In this document: one piece after another, positions 8,471 through 16,800 of the stretch | How positions within the stretch are numbered: the stretch's first letter is position 1 | Layout of the letters: each line of letters begins with the position of its first letter | DNA from: an uncultured Candidatus Saccharibacteria bacterium | GTDB lineage: Bacteria > Patescibacteriota > Minisyncoccia > Phycocordibacterales > CAIZIN01 | Direction: 5' to 3' | DNA length: 34,662 nucleotides | Assembly (NCBI GenBank): GCA_964525175.1 | Contig: CAZGFB010000001.1 | Location: 1-34,662, forward strand | Notes under the pieces: model-generated | Seen by the model: the letters and a program-made list of their open reading frames with translations, nothing else | Told to the model about the DNA's origin: nothing | The model's database searches: none | Translations under genes and position numbers: made by a program

Positions 8471-8671
8471 GTCATTCCGGATTTAGTCCGGAATCCAGTC
8501 TCGCACTCGCATTGTCATTCTCGACCTGATCGAGAATCCATGAATTAATTTTTCAGACTGTGAAGTCGGGATAGGACCCGACTGCAAGACCGGAGGCTGA
8601 CGAGCCGAGGTGTGGCCAGAAGATTTTTCAGTAGAAAAATACTTGTGGATTCCCGTCTCTACGGGAATGAC
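8471..8671. repeat. Composite hairpin repeat (two tandem short units + inverted element B)
   Basis: GTCATTCCGGATTTAGTCCGGAATCCAG (8471..8498), linker TCTCGCACTCGCATT, GTCATTCTCGACCTGATCGAGAATCCATG (8514..8542), then the inverted copy of element B (8550..8671) ending GGGAATGAC. Confidence 0.9.
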
Positions 8672-8692
8672 AGTATAAAGAATTAAATACCA

Positions 8693-9475
8693 CTAACCAA
8701 CCAGTCCTAGATCGGTCAAAAAAACTTTTAATTCCGCTCCTTCAATTTTTCTGTAAGTTCCTTCGGCTGTTTTTCCTAAAATAATATTCATTATTCGAAC
8801 ACGTTTTAATGTATCTACTTCTTGGAAGAGTGCAACACACATTCTACGGATTTGATGTTTTTTTCCTTCGCCTAAAGTAATTCTAAAAGTATTTTCGTTT
8901 ATGATGTCTACCTTACATGGTTTTGTCATTTCGGCTTCAATTTTAACACCTACCTCCATTTTTGCTTTAAAGCTAGAACGAAGAGGGTTTTTTGTTGTAA
9001 CAATATATTCTTTATCGTGAGCGTGTTTTGGGTTGAGTAGACGGTCTGTGACACGTCCGTCGTTTGTAAGAATGAGTAAACCTGTTGAATCTTTATCAAG
9101 TCGCCCAACAGGGAACACATCTCGAATTGCTACGTTTTGTTTTATATCAACTTCTCCGTGTTGAGGTGAGTGTGTAATAATTCCACGAGGTTTATTGTAG
9201 GCTAAGTATATATATGCTTTTTGTTTTGCACTATTGTGTACTTCTACATGGTCACCTTCATTAACTTTATCTCCAAGTACTGCGCGTGCATTATTTATAA
9301 AAACTTTTCCACGTTCAACAAGCTCATCGGCGCCTCTTCGTGTAGCATAATTTTTTAAAGCGAGATATTTATTAATTCGCATAGGGTAGAGAGGGGCGCT
9401 TGGCTCTGGAGTTAAAGACGGATTAGGTCTTTGGGTTTTGGTTATTCTTAGTTTTTTGGGCTTAATGTTTTTCAT
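8693..9475 (-). CDS. Pseudouridine synthase, RsuA/RluB/RluF family
   Basis: S4-like N-terminal region (MRINKYLALKNYATRRGADELVERGKVFINN), catalytic motif PVGRLDKDSTGLLILTNDG and C-terminal GKKHQIRRMC. The true start may be the internal Met (MRINKY). Confidence 0.9.
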   Translation of the reverse strand: MKNIKPKKLRITKTQRPNPSLTPEPSAPLYPMRINKYLALKNYATRRGADELVERGKVFINNARAVLGDKVNEGDHVEVHNSAKQKAYIYLAYNKPRGIITHSPQHGEVDIKQNVAIRDVFPVGRLDKDSTGLLILTNDGRVTDRLLNPKHAHDKEYIVTTKNPLRSSFKAKMEVGVKIEAEMTKPCKVDIINENTFRITLGEGKKHQIRRMCVALFQEVDTLKRVRIMNIILGKTAEGTYRKIEGAELKVFLTDLGLVG

Positions 9476-9576
9476 TTGTAAGATAATTTGTACATCTAAT
9501 TATAGCATTTGCAGGCAAAAAAGTCAAATCAAGCCTTTGTTTTGAGCCATATTCTTAATTTCTAAATTAAAAAATG

Positions 9577-9657
9577 CTGGATCCCCGATAGCCTTCCTTT
9601 CAGTCAGGCTTCGAGGACGACACAAAATATAGTCGCTTCACTCCTTATTTTGTGTCG
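9577..9657. repeat. Composite hairpin repeat (inverted long-loop unit + H hairpin)
   Basis: CTGGATCCCCGATAGCC...CGAGGACGAC, then CGACACAAAATA-N16-TATTTTGTGTCG (9618..9657). Inverted relative to the copy at 7974..8039. Confidence 0.85.
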
Positions 9658-9780
9658 ATTTTTAATTCCACCTTTTTAATCGTTGCTTTTTTAAATTTAT
9701 GTGTTATACTTAAGCAATCAGTTTTCGGAGAGATTCGACCTCTAAAAAATCTGTTTTAAATACATTCCAATCGTCTTTGT

Positions 9781-9853
9781 GTCATCCTCGTGTAGTCACG
9801 GGGATCCAAGTCCTGAATTTTCAGACTGGATTCCGGACTAAATCCGGAATGAC
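9781..9853. repeat. Composite hairpin repeat (two inverted short units)
   Basis: GTCATCCTCGTGTAGTCACGGGGATCCAAGTC + CTGAATTTTCAGA + CTGGATTCCGGACTAAATCCGGAATGAC. The second unit is the exact reverse complement of 8471..8498. Confidence 0.9.
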
Positions 9854-9916
9854 ACGCAAAAAGAACAATTGTGAAAGTTAATGTTTCAATAATAATAAAA
9901 TATAAAAATAATATAT

Positions 9917-10528
9917 ATGGGAGATTTTAATAAACGTGGTGGAAATAGCTTTGGCGGAGGCCGAAGCGGTGGAGGTTTTAGAGGCGGAGATTCTCGAGGT
10001 TCATCATTTGGTGGTGGACGTTCGGGTGCTCGCCCAGGTAACAGAGATTTCAGAGAATCACAGATGTTTAGTGCTACTTGTGCTGAATGTGGAAAGACTT
10101 GTGAAGTTCCTTTTCGCCCAACTGGTGACAAGCCTGTGTACTGTAGTTACTGTTTCTCAAAGCATAAAGAAGATGGTGGAGATCACCCTCGAAGAAACGA
10201 TGGACGAGAAGCTCCTCGAAGAGAAGGTGGAAACAACAGTTTTGTAAGCCGTGGACCATCTATGGATCGCGCACCAAGACCACAAGTTGATAATTCACTA
10301 GTTCTCGATCTTAAAAAGCAAATTGATATGGTAAATAGTAAGCTTGATAAGGTAATGGAAATTCTAAAGAAGGCTGATTCACAAGAAGTGAAAAAAGTCC
10401 CAGAAAACAAAGTTGATGTTAAAGCACTTTCTTCAGTTGTTAAAAAAGTTGTTACAGCCCCAAAAGCTGTAGTTGCTAAAAAAGCAGTGAAGGTTGTTGC
10501 AAAACCAGCAAAGAAAGGAAAGAAATAA
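9917..10528 (+). CDS. RGG-rich zinc-ribbon protein with Lys/Ala/Val-rich tail (likely nucleic-acid binding)
   Basis: N-terminal GGRSGGGFRGGDSRGSSFGGGRSG repeats, CxxC-x17-CxxC ribbon (CAECGKTCEVPFRPTGDKPVYCSYC) and a histone-H1-like tail (AVVAKKAVKVVAKPAKKGKK). A terminator follows. Confidence 0.7.
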   Translation: MGDFNKRGGNSFGGGRSGGGFRGGDSRGSSFGGGRSGARPGNRDFRESQMFSATCAECGKTCEVPFRPTGDKPVYCSYCFSKHKEDGGDHPRRNDGREAPRREGGNNSFVSRGPSMDRAPRPQVDNSLVLDLKKQIDMVNSKLDKVMEILKKADSQEVKKVPENKVDVKALSSVVKKVVTAPKAVVAKKAVKVVAKPAKKGKK

Positions 10529-10540
10529 TTTTTAAAATAT

Positions 10541-10577
10541 ATAAAGCTGGATTAAGCTTTGCTTAATCCAGCTTTAT
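10541..10577 (+). terminator. Intrinsic terminator
   Basis: 17-bp stem ATAAAGCTGGATTAAGC-TTT-GCTTAATCCAGCTTTAT. Confidence 0.75.
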
Positions 10578-10627
10578 ATTATGGGAAAAAGCTAGAGCCT
10601 AGCGCCTAGTGCCTAAAAGCTAAAAAA

Positions 10628-12127
10628 ATGTCCAACACCGACACAGTCTTAAGATTTCAAAAAGCGTCCTTTGAGTATGGACACAATATTCCAATTCTAA
10701 ACGAAGTGGATTGTTCTGTGCGTCGAGGGTCAAAAATTACTATCATGGGTCAGAACGGTTCAGGAAAAAGTACAATCTTTGGAATAATTACTGGAAAGCT
10801 AAAACTTGAGAATGGAGATTTGTTTATTACAAATGGCGTAACTATTGCGATAGCAAGACAGGTGATTCCACGAGATGAACTAAATTTAACCCTAAGAGAA
10901 TTCTTTGAAAAAGCCTTTGATGATTCAGTGAATGCAGGGCTTCGAAAAAGTGCTGGTAAAATATACGATATTGATAAAAAAATTGATGATGTTCTTGAGG
11001 TCGTGAATCTGAAAGGTCATGAAAAATTACATGAAAGAATTGTAGATACTTTTTCAGGAGGTCAGCAGGCACGTATTCTTCTTGCTTCTGCATTAATACA
11101 AGATCCAGATATTTTACTTCTCGATGAGCCGACCAATAATTTAGATAAAGCGGGGATTGATCATCTTACACAGTTTTTGATTGACTATAAAAAGACAGTG
11201 CTTGTGATTTCTCACGAAGCTGAATTTTTGAATAAGTTTACCGATGGTGTGCTTTACCTAGATGTGTTTACGAAAAAACTCGAACAGTATGTAGGTAACT
11301 ATTTCGACGTGTCTGAACAAATTAAAATTCGTCTTGAAAAAGAAAATAGAAAAAATGCTCAATTAGCAAAAGAAATTCAAGAGAATAAAGATAAAGCAAA
11401 CTTCTTTGCAAACAAAGGAGGCCAGATGCGACTTGTGGCTCGACGTATGCGAGAAAAAGCTGAAGAACTTGAAGATGAAAAGGTGGATATTCGAAGAGAA
11501 GACAAAACAATTCGACCTTTTATAATTCCTTCTCAGCCAGAGATGATCGGTACAATAATTGCTATTTCTGAATTTGGAATAATTAGCCCGAAGACATATA
11601 AATTAATTCATAGAAAGGCAAATGTGATACTTAAGAAAAAACAGCATTTACTTTTGCGCGGTCCAAATGGTATTGGAAAAACGACCTTACTCGAACGAAT
11701 TGCAACAAGTAATGACAATGGCTCTGTGATCTCTTCAGGTGTGAGAGTTGGGTACTATAGGCAAGACTTTTCAACATTAAATTTTGAAGATACTGTTTAT
11801 GATTCTTTAATGTCTGTAATGGAGAAAAAAATAGAAGAAACAATGCGCGCAACAGCTGCTGGTTTTTTGATTACCAAAGAAATGATTCATGCAAAAATTG
11901 GCACACTTTCTGAGGGGCAAAAAGGTTTAGTTGCGTTTGCAAGGCTCGTACTTCAAAAACCGGGGTTGCTAATCTTGGATGAGCCCACAAATCACATAAA
12001 CTTTCGCCATCTTCCAATTATCGCCGAGGCTCTAAATAAATACGAAGGCGCAATGATTCTAGTTTCTCACGTCCCTGACTTTGTTAAGAAGATTAGAATT
12101 GATGAAACGTTAGATCTTGAAAAGTAA
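10628..12127 (+). CDS. ABC-F family ATPase (two ABC domains, no TMD)
   Basis: Walker A GQNGSGKST and GPNGIGKTT, signatures FSGGQQ and LSEGQK, Walker B LLLDEPTNNLD and LILDEPTNHIN, and a charged inter-domain linker (ENRKNAQLAKEIQENKDKANFFANKGG). Confidence 0.9.
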   Translation: MSNTDTVLRFQKASFEYGHNIPILNEVDCSVRRGSKITIMGQNGSGKSTIFGIITGKLKLENGDLFITNGVTIAIARQVIPRDELNLTLREFFEKAFDDSVNAGLRKSAGKIYDIDKKIDDVLEVVNLKGHEKLHERIVDTFSGGQQARILLASALIQDPDILLLDEPTNNLDKAGIDHLTQFLIDYKKTVLVISHEAEFLNKFTDGVLYLDVFTKKLEQYVGNYFDVSEQIKIRLEKENRKNAQLAKEIQENKDKANFFANKGGQMRLVARRMREKAEELEDEKVDIRREDKTIRPFIIPSQPEMIGTIIAISEFGIISPKTYKLIHRKANVILKKKQHLLLRGPNGIGKTTLLERIATSNDNGSVISSGVRVGYYRQDFSTLNFEDTVYDSLMSVMEKKIEETMRATAAGFLITKEMIHAKIGTLSEGQKGLVAFARLVLQKPGLLILDEPTNHINFRHLPIIAEALNKYEGAMILVSHVPDFVKKIRIDETLDLEK

Positions 12128-12168
12128 TCCAAGGTCTCCCCTTGGAATTTCCAAGGGGAGACCTTGGA
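12127..12168. repeat. REP doublet (left flank of RAYT)
   Basis: TCCAAGGTCTCCCCTTGGA-ATT-TCCAAGGGGAGACCTTGGA. Each half is a 7-bp-stem hairpin and the two halves are exact reverse complements. It starts at the ABC-F stop codon. Confidence 0.9.
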
Positions 12169-12213
12169 AAAACTTGTGGTTATGTAATTAAAAGTTTGGT
12201 ATGATTATATCGT

Positions 12214-12915
12214 ATGAACAGAGCCTTTGATTTTTCGATTGATGAATTTTATCACATCTATAGCCGGGGTGTTGATAAAAGAATTATTTTTCTCGAAACT
12301 TGTGATAAAGATAGGTTTGTAAAATTACTATACCTTTGTAATGGAGACAAACCAACTGTTTTTAAATCAATCCAAGGGGAGACCTTGGATAAAATTGATG
12401 TGGGTAAAAAGATAGTTTCTATAGGTGCATATTGCTTGATGGATAATCATTTTCATATTCTACTTAAGGAAATTGAGGAGGGTGGTATCAGTAAATTCAT
12501 GATGAGACTTCTAACAGCTTATTCAATGTATTTTAATAAAAAAAATAAAAGGACAGGCTCTTTGTTTGAAAGTGAATTTAAAGCAAAACATCTTGATACT
12601 GACGAATATTTAAAATATATTCTCTCATATATACATTTAAATCCGATAAAGATGATCCAACCTAATTGGAAAGAAGATGGTATTTTTGATAAAACTAAAG
12701 CAAAATTATTTTTAGATAAGTATAATTATTCTAGCTATTCTGATTACTTAGGCGCAGAAAGGGAAGAGGGGTTAATATTAGATAAAAAAGGATTACCTGA
12801 ATATTTTGCTGAATTTAAGGTTTTTGAGGATTTTATAGATGAATGGCTGTCTTTTATTCCTGACTCAGAAATCCAAGGTCTCCCCTTGGAAATTCCAAGG
12901 GGAGACCTTGGATAG
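12214..12915 (+). CDS. REP-associated tyrosine transposase (RAYT; IS200/IS605 Y1 family)
   Basis: YHIYSRGVDKRIIF, HUH motif in AYCLMDNHFHILL, TGSLFESEFKAKHL and catalytic-Tyr motif YILSYIHLNPIK. The last ~15 codons are translated REP sequence. Confidence 0.8.
   Translation: MNRAFDFSIDEFYHIYSRGVDKRIIFLETCDKDRFVKLLYLCNGDKPTVFKSIQGETLDKIDVGKKIVSIGAYCLMDNHFHILLKEIEEGGISKFMMRLLTAYSMYFNKKNKRTGSLFESEFKAKHLDTDEYLKYILSYIHLNPIKMIQPNWKEDGIFDKTKAKLFLDKYNYSSYSDYLGAEREEGLILDKKGLPEYFAEFKVFEDFIDEWLSFIPDSEIQGLPLEIPRGDLG
12371..12389. repeat. Single REP hairpin inside the RAYT coding sequence
   Basis: TCCAAGGGGAGACCTTGGA, encoding part of SIQGETLDK, within the loop preceding the HUH motif. Confidence 0.85.
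12872..12912. repeat. REP doublet (right flank of RAYT)
   Basis: TCCAAGGTCTCCCCTTGGA-AAT-TCCAAGGGGAGACCTTGGA, same orientation as the left doublet. Confidence 0.9.
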
Positions 12916-13360
12916 AGTACAAATTAAATCTTTAGATAGTTCTTTGGTAATTGGATCTCTAGGTAGTCCTTCAGACAGTCTTAATGTTATTGGAGACGTT
13001 GCTTTTGACGTGAAGGCTCTCACAGATTCAGCGACCACCTTAGATTCCTTTAGTCTTCCTGTAACTATCACATATCAATATTTAAACGAAGATATTTCGG
13101 GATTTAATGAATCAACTTTGTGGATGTATCACTATCATGGCGGAGCTTGGGTTGCTCTTGATGATTGTCAAATAAGCACCAGCACAAAAACGATTTCATG
13201 TACTGCTCCAAATTTTTCAATCTTTTCGTTATTTGCAGAAAGAACTCAAGAATCAACACCGACACCACCAACACCATCAATATCGACTCCTTCTAGATCT
13301 CAAGGAACTTCTGTTCAAACCAGAGTTAAGAACTTAATTTCTATGGGAAATACTAAATCA

Positions 13361-13657
13361 GCAGATGATTTAAAGAAACAATATTCGTATCTATTTCCAA
13401 ATGAAAATCAAATAGACACAAAAGCAAAAGAGACTTCACTTTCCCCAGCGTTTAATCGAGATCTTAAATTTGGTATGACAGGAGCGGATGTTAAGAAACT
13501 TCAACAATATTTAAACAATAATGGATATGTCGTTGCTAAAACAGGAGCTGGATCTAAAGGAAAAGAGACGACAACATTTGGACCTGCAACACGCTCAGCT
13601 TTAATTAAATTTCAAAAGGCAAACAAAATTACACCAGCAATCGGATATTTTGGTCCA
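13361..13657 (+). repeat. 297-nt near-identical direct repeat (copy 1), PG-binding domain coding
   Basis: Aligns without gaps to 17625..17921 with about 5 mismatches by eye. Weaker similarity extends upstream to about 13295 / 17559. Confidence 0.9.
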
Positions 13658-13837
13658 GTGACAAGAGCGTTTGTGGGGAAGTAATATTATTCCAGATTTA
13701 CTTCATTATCTTTTGAAACAAAAAGTGATGCAATGAAAAGAGAATGCACAATTAAGAAACTTAAGAGGAGAGAAAAATTAAGATTATTTAAGTAGTGGCA
13801 TTATTTGTGTATTATTTTTGGTATATCGGTAAGGTTC

Positions 13838-13846
13838 TGGTATAAT
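13838..13846 (+). promoter_or_regulatory. Extended -10 (TGgTATAAT) upstream of the large surface protein gene
   Basis: TGGTATAAT 40 nt upstream of ATG 13887. Confidence 0.45.
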
Positions 13847-13886
13847 TATAGTGTGTATTTTGTTAAAAATTATTACTACAAATTAA

Positions 13887-16800
13887 ATGAATGAAAAAAC
13901 CTATATCAGCCAAAAATCTGTTCAATCTTCTAATCTAGGATACGAGAGAGAAAATAGCTCCCGTTCAAAATTTAAATTATCTTTAGTAAAAACATTTGTA
14001 ATCTTTTTTGTGTTCCTTTTATTTTTTGTAGTTCGAGTAGAAAAAATTCACGCCGCGCAAATAACAGTTTATGCTACGGCAAATGGTGTAAAATGGATGG
14101 GTACTAATGCTGGTTGGAATACAAATCCAGATGGTGTGAGTGGAACTTTTTATAGTAATCCACAAAACAATTCAACTGATACGTTTATTGTTGATCTTAA
14201 TGGAAAATCTGGAATATCTATTGATACAGACATTGTTGTAGATAAAATACAAGATTCTTCAGCTACTGCAAGCGTTTCTCTTAATGCGCCAAGAACTATT
14301 TCTGTTTTAAATGGTGGTATTTACTATTCGGGTGCTAATACAGGGGGACTTATTAGTTCAAGTTATAATTTGACAGTTCTTGGTACTGTCACGAGCGCAG
14401 TTGGTGGTAAGCGTGTGATTATTACAAGTGGGACCGCATCGTTGACAATTAATGCTGGTGTTGGAAATACGGCAGTTCTCAATCAAGGAACGAGCTATGT
14501 AATTAATCATGCTGGTAGTGGCCAAATTACAGTTATTGGAAAAGTTGTTGGTTCAACAACACTTGCTGCCATTTACGTTACTACCGCATCCAATCAGCTT
14601 TATTACAATCCAGGATATGATGTTTTTAGTGATGGAGGCGCTTCTGCTGGTGGCCGTTCTTTACAAAATACTAGTGGCACAATTGTTGCAGTTGGAAATA
14701 TATCAGGTACATCTGCGAACGGGTCAAGCATAGAAATGATTCGAAATGATGGTGGAACCTTTGAATTAATTGGAAATATAGCAATTACAGGCTCAGCAGT
14801 TCGTGGTATTTGGAACCGCACAGGAGCTGTCGCACACGTGTATGGAAATGTTGATGTGTCAGGCAGTACCGGCGCCTCTTATGGTGTTTGGAATCAATCA
14901 GTCACTACAAGCAACACAATTACTGGTAACCTAAGCAATCCAAGTGGCTCACCAACAGCTGTCGCAGCTTTTTCTAGTGCTGGAATGGTAACAATATATG
15001 GAACAAAAACTGGAAGTGGAACTGTGAACTCAGCAACTTATACTACGATGGCAACGACTTATGTTTCAGTTTCCCCGGCATCATTACCTGCCGGAGCAAC
15101 TGGATATCTCGACACTAGTATTACTGGAGTAGGGACTACTTGGAACGGAAGTGAAACCCCAACAATAAATAATAGTGTAAGTAGCATTACTGCTGTATCA
15201 TCTGGTGAATGGACTACTACAGATGGCACACATGCCACCTTGCCTTTGCAAAATAGTGCAACAAGTAGCTTTGGTGCATTTAGTATAACTATAGGTACAG
15301 CTACTTCTGGTCCACTTGCTGTTTTTTCACCCTCACATATTTTGAGTCAAACAACCGGAGCGACAAGCAATTCCTATAACTTAACAATTACAGGAATAAA
15401 TACTCTTTGGGCGATGGATATTGCAAAAGGAAATCATACAGCTTCAAATTTATTCTCTGCCTCTACTGGAGGGACAATAAGCAATGTCCTAGTATCAAAT
15501 GATAATACAGTTACTTTAACATTAGCTACAGATGCAACTCAGCGTGTAATAACTATTACAGATAATAGTACAAATCAAACAAGTGCTTTTGATACAAATA
15601 ATATTTTAACGTACGATCTTAGTCCAACCGGAGGGAATGTAAATAATTATATTATGATCGAGGGAGGTATGAGATGGGATGGTGGTCGTTGGATCAGCAC
15701 TGCGCTTACTAGTGGTGCAGGAACTGCATTGGGAGCAGTACGCTTTGTTGGAAAGATAAATAAAATAGATGGCTATATTTCTCAGACTGGTAGTGCTGGA
15801 GCTGGTAATTTGGTTATTTTAAATATTGATGGTGAAAATGGGCCCACCTATTCTGTTCCTTATGTAGTTGGTGGGGCATTCCCAAATGCATGGCTTACAA
15901 TGTTTTCTGGATTAGATGACACAGCCACACATACATATATGTTAATTTGGCCAAACGGAGAAGTTGTGGGTAACCCAACTATTGGAAAAATTCGCACGAC
16001 AGGTGGTACAGGAATCAGCACTACAGCTCTTGTTCCACGGCCTGTGCTAGCGGTTTACGGTGATTCAATTACTCAAGGTGGAGCATACGAAAGTTCGCCA
16101 CATAACTCAACACTTTATTATGCTTATTTGTTAGCAAAAAAACTCAATTATCAAGTCGTTAACTTGGGAATTAGTGGAAGTACAGTTAGCTCACTGACTC
16201 ATGGAGGTCTTAATCCAACAACAAAAAATGGTGTAAGCAGAACAGCTGATATAACTAGCCTTAACCCAAAAGCAAGTATAGTATTAATTTTATATGGTAC
16301 CAATGATGTTACCTTTAACGCTAACCAAGGAGGAACACCCACAGAGGCCAATTTTCGAGCGGACTATGCTAGCATGCTCGCTGGTATTCGTGCGGGAAAC
16401 CCAAATGCATTAATTATTTCAGAGAGAATTTTGATGACGTCGCGAGTGGATGAAGCGACTAGAAATACATGGAGCCAAACAGATATTGCAGCAGCTGTAT
16501 CAGCACAATCAGATCCAAAGATTTTATATATGCATGGTGGGTGGGATAATTATCAAGACACCACAGGTAGTGATGGAGTGCACCCTCTTCCAAGTAAAAA
16601 CCAAGATATAGCGGATGGGATGTATTCTGACATTATCTCTGCAATTTCGACAACTGATTCAATTAAAGTTGCTACAACTACATTGACCAGCAGAGGTGGT
16701 ACATCTGCAACAATTACTTCTGCGGGTGGTATTCATGGTACGGCACCATACACATATCAATGGCTGCGTAGTGCAACGAGTAGCTGGTCTGGATTTCAAG

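Larger units (their letters stand above)
12127..12915 (+). mobile_element. RAYT/REP unit: Y1 (HUH) transposase gene bracketed by cognate REP doublets
   Basis: The same 19-nt hairpin (TCCAAGGGGAGACCTTGGA and its complement) occurs as doublets at 12127..12168 and 12872..12912 and once inside the CDS (12371..12389), and nowhere else in the window. Confidence 0.75.
12839..13684 (+). pseudogene. 5'-truncated paralog of the large surface protein (C-terminal PG-binding domain retained)
   Basis: The open frame emerges from the REP doublet with no signal peptide or credible start. The C-terminal ~130 aa are nearly identical to the C-terminus of the 13887..17957 product (GMTGADVKKLQQYLNNNGYVVAKTG...FGPATRSALIKFQKAN, PG_binding_1-like). 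Confidence 0.5.
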
